Source: an uncultured Muribaculaceae bacterium (GTDB lineage: Bacteria; Bacillota_I; Bacilli_A; RF39; UBA660). Taken from it: DNA of 51,130 nt. The notes below the pieces were generated by a model that was not told where the DNA came from, made no database searches, and was given only the letters and a program-made list of their open reading frames with translations. Position numbers and translations under genes: made by a program. The DNA lies in NCBI GenBank assembly GCA_964553605.1, contig CAZKKR010000002.1, forward strand, positions 1 through 51,130. Reading direction: 5' to 3'. Shown here piece by piece: positions 14,922 through 24,907 of the stretch; position 1 is the first letter of the stretch, and every line of letters starts with the position of its first letter.

Positions 14922-16705
14922 TGGATATTAAGACACAAATTGCTCCTAAGGGGTTAGAGTTTAAACCAGATGGTTTTGTATCAAGTGATAAACATTCAAC
15001 AATATTAACTGTTATATCTTATCCAAAAGTTATTAGTCCAGGTTTTTTAGCTAATTTAACTAGTATGGCAGGAATTAAAATGGTTGCTAAACATTTACCA
15101 CTTCCTTTTGATGTTATTTCTAAGATGATTAATAAAGAAATTGCTGATTTAAAAGTGCGTTATCAAGAGGAACATGATTTAACTATTCAAGAAAAGATTC
15201 GTCAGGATTATGAATCTTTAGAAGCTTTTATTAAACAACTTGCAGCCAGTCAGTCTAAAATATATGATTTCCAGTTACATTTAATGGTAACGGCTGATTC
15301 ACAAGATGAGCTTACTGCTAAAAAATTACAATTAAAAAGCTATTTAGAGGCTATGGAAATGAAAGCTGTTCCTTTGAGATTTGAACAGGAAACTGTTTTA
15401 AAATCTATGATACCAATTTTTCCTAAACAAGAAATTGAAGAAAGAATAGGAACACCAATTCCAGCTCCTACTTTAGCTGCTATGTATCCATATGTATTTG
15501 ATAGTGTTAAAGACCCAGGGTTATCTACATTACTTGGTGTAGACTTTTCTGGTGGTATAGTTTTATTTAACCAATTTTTGTATCAAACACAAAAAGAACA
15601 TAATAGAAATAATGCTAATATGATTTTACTAGGTACTTCTGGTTCTGGTAAATCAACAGCTGCTAAATTATTAATTAGATCACATATTAGAAACGATTAT
15701 AAAATAGTTATTATCGATCCTGAAGGGGAATTTGAAGATATGACTAGACTTTATGGTGGAGATTTTATCGATTTAGGTAAAGGTGGAGACTTTGGTATGA
15801 TAAATCCACTTGAAGTTATCATAGATGCTGATGAAGACGAAATTAAACAAGGTATGGGATATGCGGTTTTAACTAGATCTTTACAAACAGTAAAGGCATT
15901 TATGAAATATTATGATCCTTCTATTACTGAAGATATTCTTAATGTGTTTAGCGGGGTAGTTCAAGAAACATATAAAAGATTTGGCATTGATTTTAATACA
16001 GATTTTACTAATTTTACATCTCAAGATTATCCAACTTTAAAAGATGTTTATGCAACTGTTAGAGGTAAAATAACAGCAATGCCTGATCAAAATAGAGAAA
16101 GAGATATTTTGGAAAACTTGGAGTTAAAGCTCCGTCCATTAATATCTGAGTTAAGATATTATTTTGACGGAAAAACTACAATTTCTCCAAAGAGTAATTT
16201 TATAGTATTTAACATTAGAGAACTTATGAATGCTGATGAAAATATTAGAAATGCGCTATTCTTTAATGTACTTAAATATGCATGGAGTTTAACTCTTGAT
16301 GTTAATATAAATACTATATTGACTGTTGATGAAGCACATGTACTTTTATCTGGTAAAAATACTTTGGGTGCTGAATTTTTGGCGCAAGTTCAAAGACGTG
16401 CTCGTAAGTATAATACTGGTACTATTATAATTACACAGCAACCAACAGATTTTAGCGATCCTGCTGTAATTACTCAAGGAAAAGCTATATTTGATAATGC
16501 TTCATATTATTTAGTAATGGGGCTTCGTAAGCAGGCGACAGCGGATTTAGCTAAATTAATAGATTTAAATGATAATGAGATAGAGAGTATAAAGGGATTT
16601 ACTCAAGGACAAGCACTATTTGTCTGTGGTAGTAAACGTATGACAATAGATGTCGTTGTTACTGAACAAGAATTAGATTCATTTGGAAGTGGCGGCGGAC
16701 TATAA
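14921..16705 (+). CDS. virB4: VirB4-family T4SS ATPase (C-terminal ATPase part, 594 aa)
   Basis: Walker A LLGTSGSGKST, Walker B ILTVDEAHVLL, RRARKYNTGTIIITQQPTDF. TAATG stop/start overlap with the preceding ORF at 14919-14923. Confidence 0.9.
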   Translation: MDIKTQIAPKGLEFKPDGFVSSDKHSTILTVISYPKVISPGFLANLTSMAGIKMVAKHLPLPFDVISKMINKEIADLKVRYQEEHDLTIQEKIRQDYESLEAFIKQLAASQSKIYDFQLHLMVTADSQDELTAKKLQLKSYLEAMEMKAVPLRFEQETVLKSMIPIFPKQEIEERIGTPIPAPTLAAMYPYVFDSVKDPGLSTLLGVDFSGGIVLFNQFLYQTQKEHNRNNANMILLGTSGSGKSTAAKLLIRSHIRNDYKIVIIDPEGEFEDMTRLYGGDFIDLGKGGDFGMINPLEVIIDADEDEIKQGMGYAVLTRSLQTVKAFMKYYDPSITEDILNVFSGVVQETYKRFGIDFNTDFTNFTSQDYPTLKDVYATVRGKITAMPDQNRERDILENLELKLRPLISELRYYFDGKTTISPKSNFIVFNIRELMNADENIRNALFFNVLKYAWSLTLDVNINTILTVDEAHVLLSGKNTLGAEFLAQVQRRARKYNTGTIIITQQPTDFSDPAVITQGKAIFDNASYYLVMGLRKQATADLAKLIDLNDNEIESIKGFTQGQALFVCGSKRMTIDVVVTEQELDSFGSGGGL

Positions 16706-16719
16706 AAAGGTGATTTAGT

Positions 16720-17601
16720 ATGAATTTTTTTAAACGTGCAACTTCATTATTAAAAACCAATAAAGGACAATCTGCCGGGGAACAAACTGTTAATACACTA
16801 AAAAAACTTGCTTTAAGGAATATTGGTGTTACGTTATTATTACCCGGTTTTTTCTTTATTCTTGTTTTTGCTGTTATAGCTTTGACGTTGCTTTCAAGTT
16901 TTGGTTATAAACTTGATGTAATGCAACTTGTTGATCCTTATAATTCTGTGAGTATTGGGGTTGATTTAAACTATGATCTTGAAGAATATTATGATTTAAG
17001 TAATGCGGCTACTGAGTCTTCAGGTAATCCCTCTTCTGATTTTAGAGGAACAGATGTTGGTTCAGTAAGTGCTTTTAACCAGCATATCATTGATTCAGTT
17101 GAAGCAGCTGGTTATGGAACTAGACAAGGCGTTGTAGCAGCTGGAATGGCTTTAGTTGGTGATTATATAAAGTATACTGGTCACCGAGTTATGTATGATC
17201 AAAGTACGAGGCAAGCAACTTCCACCTCTGGAATTGTTGATGAAAACTATTTAGCGTTAGATTGTTCTGGTTTTGTTTTTTGGTCACTTTATAATGGAGG
17301 TTTTTATGTCCCCGATGATTTAGCTGTTGTTCAAACTGATTATATATATGCTTGGTCAAATAGTAGGGGGTATTCTTCCGCAATTAAAGGTGGTCAACCT
17401 GGTGATTTTCTTGTTACTATGGGAAAAGGACATATTATTTTAATAGTAGGAACATATGCCTCTGGCTATTGGTGTTTAGAAGAAATGGGTTGGGGTGTAG
17501 GTGCGGAAGTAACCAAAAGAGAATATAGTGATCTTTCAAGTTATGTTCGTATTGATATGACTAACTATTATAATGATTCTAGTAATGTGAGGGATAAGTG
17601 A
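16720..17601 (+). CDS. Membrane-anchored NlpC/P60-family cell-wall hydrolase (T4SS-associated, CwlT/TcpG-like role)
   Basis: N-terminal TM (VTLLLPGFFFILVFAVIALTLL). Catalytic Cys context LALDCSGFVFWSLYNGG and His context GDFLVTMGKGHIILIVG. Confidence 0.8.
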   Translation: MNFFKRATSLLKTNKGQSAGEQTVNTLKKLALRNIGVTLLLPGFFFILVFAVIALTLLSSFGYKLDVMQLVDPYNSVSIGVDLNYDLEEYYDLSNAATESSGNPSSDFRGTDVGSVSAFNQHIIDSVEAAGYGTRQGVVAAGMALVGDYIKYTGHRVMYDQSTRQATSTSGIVDENYLALDCSGFVFWSLYNGGFYVPDDLAVVQTDYIYAWSNSRGYSSAIKGGQPGDFLVTMGKGHIILIVGTYASGYWCLEEMGWGVGAEVTKREYSDLSSYVRIDMTNYYNDSSNVRDK

Positions 17602-18314
17602 TGAAAAAATATTTAATATTATTAGTTTGTTTATTTCTAATTACGGGGTGTGATGTCACGTATAATTTAGATATTGATGGTATTAAATATGATGAGACCG
17701 CAAGTATTATTGAAAAATACGAAAATGTTGATGATACTAGGACACTTGATCGTCTTTATAATTTATTTAACGTTTATGTGAATAAACCTATACCTATTTC
17801 TACCTTATCTCCTTTTATTTCGGAAACCAACGAAAAAGTAAAAGGTGTTGCATATTATGATGTTAAAAATTTATCTACAGATGATAGTTTTGGCATGGAA
17901 TTAATTGGTAATTTCGATGATACGAATGAGATGTCTGATTCCAATGTTTTGGCCTTTGCAGTAGGGAAAAAGGATATTAAAAAGGATAAGGAAAATGTTA
18001 TTATAAATGTTCAAAATTTTAAAATATTTAAGCAGTTTGATAATATAGATAATGTAACTGTTAATTTAAAAACAAAAAATAAAGTTATCAGTCATAATGC
18101 TGATAAAGTATCTAAAAACATTTATACATGGTATATTAATAAAAACAATTACAAATCTAAAATAATCAATATTGAATATAAAGCTATTAGTAGACTGATT
18201 GATTTGAATAATCCAATGATTAGATTTACAATTGTTATTGCAGTATTATTATTTATTAGTGCTATAGTATATTTATTATTTAATAATCTTTATAAGAAAA
18301 AAAATGCATTATAA
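17601..18314 (+). CDS. Lipoprotein with an additional C-terminal TM anchor (L-type paralog 1, about 237 aa)
   Basis: Lipobox LITGC. C-terminal FTIVIAVLLFISAIVYLLF followed by KKKN. ATG 17601 overlaps the hydrolase TGA (GTGATGA); the track start is GTG 17598. Paralog of 22494-23210 (TGCxxxYNLDI...; N[LI]KT.xKV..[HN]NAD.V..NIYTW.I). Confidence 0.7.
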   Translation: MKKYLILLVCLFLITGCDVTYNLDIDGIKYDETASIIEKYENVDDTRTLDRLYNLFNVYVNKPIPISTLSPFISETNEKVKGVAYYDVKNLSTDDSFGMELIGNFDDTNEMSDSNVLAFAVGKKDIKKDKENVIINVQNFKIFKQFDNIDNVTVNLKTKNKVISHNADKVSKNIYTWYINKNNYKSKIINIEYKAISRLIDLNNPMIRFTIVIAVLLFISAIVYLLFNNLYKKKNAL

Positions 18315-18340
18315 AAAACGTTTGTTTAAAACGTTTTTTT
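18313..18340. terminator. Bidirectional A/T-flanked hairpin between convergent genes
   Basis: aaaaaacgttt (18313-18323), loop gttta, aaacgtttttt (18329-18339). Confidence 0.5.
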
Positions 18341-18842
18341 ATTTTATAAATTTAGGATTGGTTTTACTATTTTGAAAAATGCTTTTCATTTCTTTTTCAA
18401 ATTTTTCTGTTTCTTGTTTTAGTAAATTACATTTTGCTTCTAGACCGACGCTGGTTACTATTTTGCAGTCAAACTTTTTTTTCTTATATGTCGATTTCAA
18501 ATAAGAAATGCCTTGATTTCCATAAGAGTTTATACCATATAATTCTAGACCTCCTGTTATGTCACCATTACTATCGTAGCTGACATAAATTAAGGAGTTT
18601 TGCTGTTCACTAAGTTTTGTTGTTTTTGTTAAAATATGATTATTCTCTAGTACTGTGTAATATAAGTCATCAGTAGGGTCTGTACTATAATTATTATCTT
18701 TTAAATATTTTTCAAATTTTTGAGTATTGACTTTTATTAAGTGTTGATTAAAGAAATAAATTCCTATTATTACAGCGATAATAATAATAAATGTTATAAT
18801 TATTATTCTTACGATTTTTTTAACTTTTATTTCGTTTTCCAT
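18339..18842 (-). CDS. N-terminally TM-anchored small protein (167 aa), unknown function. The only minus-strand gene in the 30-kb locus
   Basis: ATG at 18842 preceded by AGGTGA (the track ORF extends to 18887). MENEIKVKKIVRIIIITFIIIIAVIIGIYFF, then a ~130-aa soluble domain. Confidence 0.6.
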   Translation of the reverse strand: MENEIKVKKIVRIIIITFIIIIAVIIGIYFFNQHLIKVNTQKFEKYLKDNNYSTDPTDDLYYTVLENNHILTKTTKLSEQQNSLIYVSYDSNGDITGGLELYGINSYGNQGISYLKSTYKKKKFDCKIVTSVGLEAKCNLLKQETEKFEKEMKSIFQNSKTNPKFIK

Positions 18843-18902
18843 TTTATCACCTATTATAATTATAGCAGCTATGTAAATTTTATACAATATTAATTTATTT
18901 GT

Positions 18903-18931
18903 TTTACTTATTAATTTATAAATGTTATAAT
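18903..18931 (+). promoter_or_regulatory. Candidate promoter of hydrolase cassette A (TTTACT, 17 nt spacer, TGtTATAAT)
   Basis: tttact 18903-18908, tgttataat 18923-18931. The same element recurs at 23250 and 27710. Confidence 0.45.
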
Positions 18932-20560
18932 TATATTATAGGTAAAATGTTATGTAAGTAGGAAGGTGATATAGATGGTATTAAAGAAAAAGACATCTAT
19001 ATTTGTATTAATTTTAATTTTGGTTTTACCATTTAAACATGTTTTAGCGGCTCCAACTAAGGAGTTTAAGAAAGAAACTTTTTGTTATTTGTGTAAATAC
19101 AAAAAAAGCGATGGGCTTATGTATGTAAAAGAAAAACAATTTTATCGTAAAGTTGAGCTTTTAAAATCTACATATGGTAACAGTATTGATGAAATTGCTT
19201 TGGCTGCATCTGTGTTACATCGTTATGGTACTGATGAAGCTTATAATAAAGTTTATGAAAGTGATTTTAATGAGGATTCATACAAAGCAAGAGCTAAAGG
19301 TTTTTCAAAATTGCTTACTAGTTCTTCAGATGATACTTCCTCATTATCTGAGGATGAGTCAAAAGCTGTGCAAGAAAATGAAAAAATAGATTTATTAACA
19401 CTTGCGGCGATAGTGATGGCTGACTCTAATCATCACGGTGTATATAGCGATGTTTGTTTTAGAGATGCCCTTGCTGGAAACAGATTAGTAGGAAACGATG
19501 AAAGTAGTATTTTTGGTTCTTTATTAAATGCGATTACTTGTAAAAAAGAGGCAAAGGGAACTAGCTCTTATGAAGGGGATAGCAGTATAGTTGCTGCTGA
19601 ATCTAACAAATTGCGTCTTAAAAATTTAAAAAAAGTTTGTGAAAATGGTTTTGTTGGTGGTCTTTATAATGGTATTTCAGATTTAACTGATGAAAAACAA
19701 AAGGAAGCCAAGAAAAAAGTTTATGCTCAGCAAATAATAGATTTAGCTAATTATTATAAAAAATTATATAGTAAAGATGATTCTAGTTGTAATATTAATA
19801 TAGCTGGGGCAACTGGGGATTTTGCAAATTGGAAGCAAGCTGATCCTGCTTGGGGAAGTGTAAATATGGGAGGGACCCCTAATGTTGCCAGATATGGTTG
19901 TATGATAACTTCTATTGCTATGCAAATTGCCCGTTCAGGGACACAAATTGGACAGTTACCTAGTGGATATACAGAGTTTAATCCAGGGGCTTTCGCTACT
20001 AGTTTAAGTAGTCATGGTGGCTTTGCTGCTGATAGTGCCAATTTTACTGGAACAGGATTTCAAACAATTGCACCTAATTGGCGTATGATTGATATGGTGG
20101 AAGTTAGTTATGCTGATGATAGCAGATTAGCTGATATGATAGCAAAAGAGCTTTCTGAACCTTATGATGGAAAGTATCAAAAATTTATAATTTTAAGAAT
20201 ACAGGCTACGGGACATCCTCAACATTGGGTTGCTGTAAATGGCGTTGAAAACGGACATGTGACTGTATTTGATCCTGGATCAAGCGGTGTTGGTAATACT
20301 TTGAGCGAGGGATATAGTAATTTAGTTATTAATGGTTATAAAGTGATGTATGCCACTGATGTTATGTTTGGACAGACCGGGACTAGTGCTAGAAGTACTT
20401 GTACAAGTAGTTATGGTACAGGAGCCATTCAGATTCCATCTCCATATGGTGCCGGTGGTTATACGGTAACGGAAATTGATGTATGGAATTGGTTATATGA
20501 TTGCCGAAAAGTTTATGATGAATGGATTGCTAAAGGGGCAAAACATGATAATGGACTTGC
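18903..20560 (+). repeat. Direct repeat copy 1 (about 1658 bp): promoter, RBS and the first ~529 codons of hydrolase gene A
   Basis: Offset of 4347 bp to copy 2. Lines compared by eye are identical, and the first mismatch I found is 20561 (g) vs 24908 (a). The translated products are identical through residue ~559. Confidence 0.85.
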
Positions 20561-22469
20561 GACAATCGATGGAAGATATTTAATTGCATGTACTTCGACT
20601 TTTGGAAAAGTTGGCGATAAAATTGACTTCTTCTTAGAAGATGGTACAAGAATTCCAGCAATTATGTTTGACACGAAAAACCCACATGATGCAAATTATA
20701 ACCAATGGGGGCATTCTGATGGTGGTAATGTTATAGAGTTTGAAGTTTTATCTTCTTATTATCATAGATATGGAAATCCTGGTAGTAGTGAATGGTTTCC
20801 TCAGTGGGCAGGAAAAAGAGTTTCTAGTGCTACTAATTTAGGTGGCGGGGGAAGTAGTCAAGTTTCTTCTAGTAGTAATCAGGTTTCAAATAATGTGTGT
20901 GAGACAAAACGCGATGGTGATTTGATAGCAAAACTTGCTGTTGCAGTTGCACCTACTGCTGCACCAGATTCTCGTATTTCTGTAGATCATTATAAAACAA
21001 AAAGCGATGATTCAAGAGCAAAAGCATATAATGATATTTTTTATCAAACTATTGCTAAGTATCCTTCTGATGGTGGTGGAAACCCTAATGCTAGGGGTGA
21101 TGGTTATAATAATCCTGCTTATGCTTCTTGTGCACAAGCAGCAGCTGCCATTATAAGGGCTACGGTTGATCCAGATATTTCTAGTGGGAACCCTACTTCT
21201 ATGGAGCAGTATTTAAAAAATAATCCTGAAAAATGGATTAAAGCTGGCGAACTAAAAGCTGGTGAAAAATTTACTGATAAGTGCAAACCTGGAGATTTAT
21301 TACTTACTGTTGATAATTCTGGTGATAGTGGTCATGCAATGATTTATGTTGGTAAATATGCTAAAAACAATTTTCCTAATACTAATGGCGTTGTATGGGA
21401 AGCTGCTAATGATATGTCTGGTAGATATCTATATCCAGGAATTACTGATAAGAAATCTTGGAGTTCTACTATGGCTATTTGGAGACCAACTGGTAAAGGT
21501 AGTTTCTATTATCCATTTATTGATATTAGTAAGTATGTTGATATAGATGTTTCTTGCAAAAAGAATAATAGTAGTGGTCAAGTATGTATTAATGGACAAG
21601 CAGTGGATGGTAATAATGGTGTTGGAAGTACTAATATGAATTATAGTAATGCTGTGGAAATTCCTGACTATTTGTGGAAAAACCATGTTAGATGGGATAC
21701 TGATCCTAGTATAGTGGTAGTAGATGATAGTGGTAATGTTCTTGCACAGAGGAAACCAAATGTCAGAAGAGAAGGAGCATCTACTACAAAAGTATTTTCT
21801 GGATATGCAGCACTTAAACTTTTAGATGTTAATAACGATGTTGTGACTACTACGCAATTTATTTGTAGTAACACAGACAATAGCAAAGGTGTTGCAGTTG
21901 GAACTAAAACGTCTGTTGTTGACGCGGCGACTCGAGATTTCCCCGGTTCTGATAATGCTAGAGCCGATAGTATTCCTTTGGCGATAGGTTATAAATATTA
22001 TAGTGGTTCTAGTGATAAAGATGCATATACTGTAGGTTTGGAAAAAATGAATAATCTTTATAGGCAAATAGGATGTACTAATACTAATATAGGAAGTGGA
22101 AGTGGAGTAATTTCTTTCAATGATTCTGGATGGAGGTCCCAGGATATTTATGGTATTCAGACATATTCTGATGGAACTGGACATACGGCTAATGATTTAG
22201 CACTAGTTACAATTGAAGCTATGAAAGATGAAAATTTTGCAGGTCATTTTAGTAATAGAAATAATGAAGGATTATTTTATATTAAAAGTGGAACTGGTCA
22301 TTGTGGCCATGGTATTTGGGGATTTAATCATAATGGGAAAAGATATTATATTTCTATTTTAGGTATGAACTGCAATTGGAGTCAAGGGTCTCATGATGTG
22401 AAACATACCTCAAAGGAACGAACTGTGAAAGATATTTATAATTGGGTTATTACTGATTTAATTAAATAA
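18975..22469 (+). CDS. Secreted multi-module peptidoglycan hydrolase A (1164 aa): unknown N-domain, C39-like Cys peptidase, 3D/DPBB-like region, NlpC/P60-like module, serine DD-peptidase/beta-lactamase-fold domain
   Basis: Signal peptide MVLKKKTSIFVLILILVLPFKHVLA/AP. WKQADPAWGSV...ARYGCMITSIAMQIA...HWVAVNG..VFDPGS (C39-like). RYLIACTSTFGKVGDKIDFFLEDGTRIPAIMFDTKN..NVIEFEV (3D-like). ASCAQAAAAII...KPGDLLLTVDNSGDSGHAMIYVG (P60-like). REGASTTKVF (SxxK), GSDN (SxN), IKSGTG (KSG). Confidence 0.75.
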   Translation: MVLKKKTSIFVLILILVLPFKHVLAAPTKEFKKETFCYLCKYKKSDGLMYVKEKQFYRKVELLKSTYGNSIDEIALAASVLHRYGTDEAYNKVYESDFNEDSYKARAKGFSKLLTSSSDDTSSLSEDESKAVQENEKIDLLTLAAIVMADSNHHGVYSDVCFRDALAGNRLVGNDESSIFGSLLNAITCKKEAKGTSSYEGDSSIVAAESNKLRLKNLKKVCENGFVGGLYNGISDLTDEKQKEAKKKVYAQQIIDLANYYKKLYSKDDSSCNINIAGATGDFANWKQADPAWGSVNMGGTPNVARYGCMITSIAMQIARSGTQIGQLPSGYTEFNPGAFATSLSSHGGFAADSANFTGTGFQTIAPNWRMIDMVEVSYADDSRLADMIAKELSEPYDGKYQKFIILRIQATGHPQHWVAVNGVENGHVTVFDPGSSGVGNTLSEGYSNLVINGYKVMYATDVMFGQTGTSARSTCTSSYGTGAIQIPSPYGAGGYTVTEIDVWNWLYDCRKVYDEWIAKGAKHDNGLATIDGRYLIACTSTFGKVGDKIDFFLEDGTRIPAIMFDTKNPHDANYNQWGHSDGGNVIEFEVLSSYYHRYGNPGSSEWFPQWAGKRVSSATNLGGGGSSQVSSSSNQVSNNVCETKRDGDLIAKLAVAVAPTAAPDSRISVDHYKTKSDDSRAKAYNDIFYQTIAKYPSDGGGNPNARGDGYNNPAYASCAQAAAAIIRATVDPDISSGNPTSMEQYLKNNPEKWIKAGELKAGEKFTDKCKPGDLLLTVDNSGDSGHAMIYVGKYAKNNFPNTNGVVWEAANDMSGRYLYPGITDKKSWSSTMAIWRPTGKGSFYYPFIDISKYVDIDVSCKKNNSSGQVCINGQAVDGNNGVGSTNMNYSNAVEIPDYLWKNHVRWDTDPSIVVVDDSGNVLAQRKPNVRREGASTTKVFSGYAALKLLDVNNDVVTTTQFICSNTDNSKGVAVGTKTSVVDAATRDFPGSDNARADSIPLAIGYKYYSGSSDKDAYTVGLEKMNNLYRQIGCTNTNIGSGSGVISFNDSGWRSQDIYGIQTYSDGTGHTANDLALVTIEAMKDENFAGHFSNRNNEGLFYIKSGTGHCGHGIWGFNHNGKRYYISILGMNCNWSQGSHDVKHTSKERTVKDIYNWVITDLIK

Positions 22470-22493
22470 TTTGTTTAGAAAGGGGTTATCAAT

Positions 22494-23210
22494 GTGCATA
22501 GAAATTTAATTAAAACAATATGTTTATTATTTGTTTTGCTTGTTTTAACTGGTTGTAATGCAGAATATAATCTTGATATTTCTGATAATAAAATTGTGGA
22601 ATCAACTAATATTTATGCTGAAGAAAGTGACTTAGATATTATTGATGAAGATGGTTTTGCTATTGATAATCCTTTTTCAAATGTTGATGATTTTATTGAT
22701 TATAATTATTCAATAGATTATAGAGCTTTTAATTATAATTTTAATAACGAATCTAATTATGAAAAAGCAAAAATCAATGATTCTAATGGGCAAGGGATAA
22801 ATTTAAGATATACTTATGATTTTGAAAATTTTGAAAATTCTTATTTTCTAAATAAATATTTTTCAGAAAATTCTTACACTATTAATGATAGGTTTATTAT
22901 AATAGATTTAAATGATTTTAATGGTGTTTATTATTTGAATTCAGGAAACAGTTTAAACAACTTAGCTATAAATATAAAAACTAATTTAAAAGTTTTAGAA
23001 AATAATGCTGATAGTGTTACTGACAATATATATACGTGGGTTATAGATGAGGATAATGTTAATGAAAAAAGTATATATATAAAAATTAAAAAAAATGTAA
23101 ATTTTACTAATTTCTTTATTGGTTTTGGTATTATCGTTGGTTTAGGGCTTGTTATCACATTGTTAGTATTTTATATTAGGAAGAAAAATCTTGAGAACAA
23201 TAGTATTTAA
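22494..23210 (+). CDS. Lipoprotein with a C-terminal TM anchor (L-type paralog 2, 238 aa)
   Basis: GTG start. Lipobox VLTGC. C-terminal FFIGFGIIVGLGLVITLLVFY followed by IRKKN. Paralog of 17601-18314. Confidence 0.7.
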   Translation: MHRNLIKTICLLFVLLVLTGCNAEYNLDISDNKIVESTNIYAEESDLDIIDEDGFAIDNPFSNVDDFIDYNYSIDYRAFNYNFNNESNYEKAKINDSNGQGINLRYTYDFENFENSYFLNKYFSENSYTINDRFIIIDLNDFNGVYYLNSGNSLNNLAINIKTNLKVLENNADSVTDNIYTWVIDEDNVNEKSIYIKIKKNVNFTNFFIGFGIIVGLGLVITLLVFYIRKKNLENNSI

Positions 23211-23240
23211 ATTTCAGTTATTTTACTGAAATCTTTTTTT
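23211..23240 (+). terminator. Rho-independent terminator after cassette A
   Basis: atttcagt (23211-23218), loop tatttt, actgaaat (23225-23232), then cttttttt. Confidence 0.7.
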
Positions 23241-23249
23241 ATTTAATAA

Positions 23250-23278
23250 TTTACTTATTAATTTATAAATGTTATAAT
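23250..23278 (+). promoter_or_regulatory. Candidate promoter of hydrolase cassette B (identical to the 18903-18931 element)
   Basis: tttact...tgttataat at 23270-23278. Confidence 0.45.
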
Positions 23279-24907
23279 TATATTATAGGTAAAATGTTAT
23301 GTAAGTAGGAAGGTGATATAGATGGTATTAAAGAAAAAGACATCTATATTTGTATTAATTTTAATTTTGGTTTTACCATTTAAACATGTTTTAGCGGCTC
23401 CAACTAAGGAGTTTAAGAAAGAAACTTTTTGTTATTTGTGTAAATACAAAAAAAGCGATGGGCTTATGTATGTAAAAGAAAAACAATTTTATCGTAAAGT
23501 TGAGCTTTTAAAATCTACATATGGTAACAGTATTGATGAAATTGCTTTGGCTGCATCTGTGTTACATCGTTATGGTACTGATGAAGCTTATAATAAAGTT
23601 TATGAAAGTGATTTTAATGAGGATTCATACAAAGCAAGAGCTAAAGGTTTTTCAAAATTGCTTACTAGTTCTTCAGATGATACTTCCTCATTATCTGAGG
23701 ATGAGTCAAAAGCTGTGCAAGAAAATGAAAAAATAGATTTATTAACACTTGCGGCGATAGTGATGGCTGACTCTAATCATCACGGTGTATATAGCGATGT
23801 TTGTTTTAGAGATGCCCTTGCTGGAAACAGATTAGTAGGAAACGATGAAAGTAGTATTTTTGGTTCTTTATTAAATGCGATTACTTGTAAAAAAGAGGCA
23901 AAGGGAACTAGCTCTTATGAAGGGGATAGCAGTATAGTTGCTGCTGAATCTAACAAATTGCGTCTTAAAAATTTAAAAAAAGTTTGTGAAAATGGTTTTG
24001 TTGGTGGTCTTTATAATGGTATTTCAGATTTAACTGATGAAAAACAAAAGGAAGCCAAGAAAAAAGTTTATGCTCAGCAAATAATAGATTTAGCTAATTA
24101 TTATAAAAAATTATATAGTAAAGATGATTCTAGTTGTAATATTAATATAGCTGGGGCAACTGGGGATTTTGCAAATTGGAAGCAAGCTGATCCTGCTTGG
24201 GGAAGTGTAAATATGGGAGGGACCCCTAATGTTGCCAGATATGGTTGTATGATAACTTCTATTGCTATGCAAATTGCCCGTTCAGGGACACAAATTGGAC
24301 AGTTACCTAGTGGATATACAGAGTTTAATCCAGGGGCTTTCGCTACTAGTTTAAGTAGTCATGGTGGCTTTGCTGCTGATAGTGCCAATTTTACTGGAAC
24401 AGGATTTCAAACAATTGCACCTAATTGGCGTATGATTGATATGGTGGAAGTTAGTTATGCTGATGATAGCAGATTAGCTGATATGATAGCAAAAGAGCTT
24501 TCTGAACCTTATGATGGAAAGTATCAAAAATTTATAATTTTAAGAATACAGGCTACGGGACATCCTCAACATTGGGTTGCTGTAAATGGCGTTGAAAACG
24601 GACATGTGACTGTATTTGATCCTGGATCAAGCGGTGTTGGTAATACTTTGAGCGAGGGATATAGTAATTTAGTTATTAATGGTTATAAAGTGATGTATGC
24701 CACTGATGTTATGTTTGGACAGACCGGGACTAGTGCTAGAAGTACTTGTACAAGTAGTTATGGTACAGGAGCCATTCAGATTCCATCTCCATATGGTGCC
24801 GGTGGTTATACGGTAACGGAAATTGATGTATGGAATTGGTTATATGATTGCCGAAAAGTTTATGATGAATGGATTGCTAAAGGGGCAAAACATGATAATG
24901 GACTTGC
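23250..24907 (+). repeat. Direct repeat copy 2 (about 1658 bp)
   Basis: See copy 1 at 18903-20560. Confidence 0.85.

Noticed and set aside
19174-23736. Identical 71-aa + strand ORFs at 19174-19389 and 23521-23736, plus other internal ORFs (21346-21546, 21429-22184 minus strand)
   Set aside because: They are alternative-frame or antisense ORFs inside the hydrolase genes. The two 71-aa ORFs are identical only because they lie in the 1.66-kb duplication.
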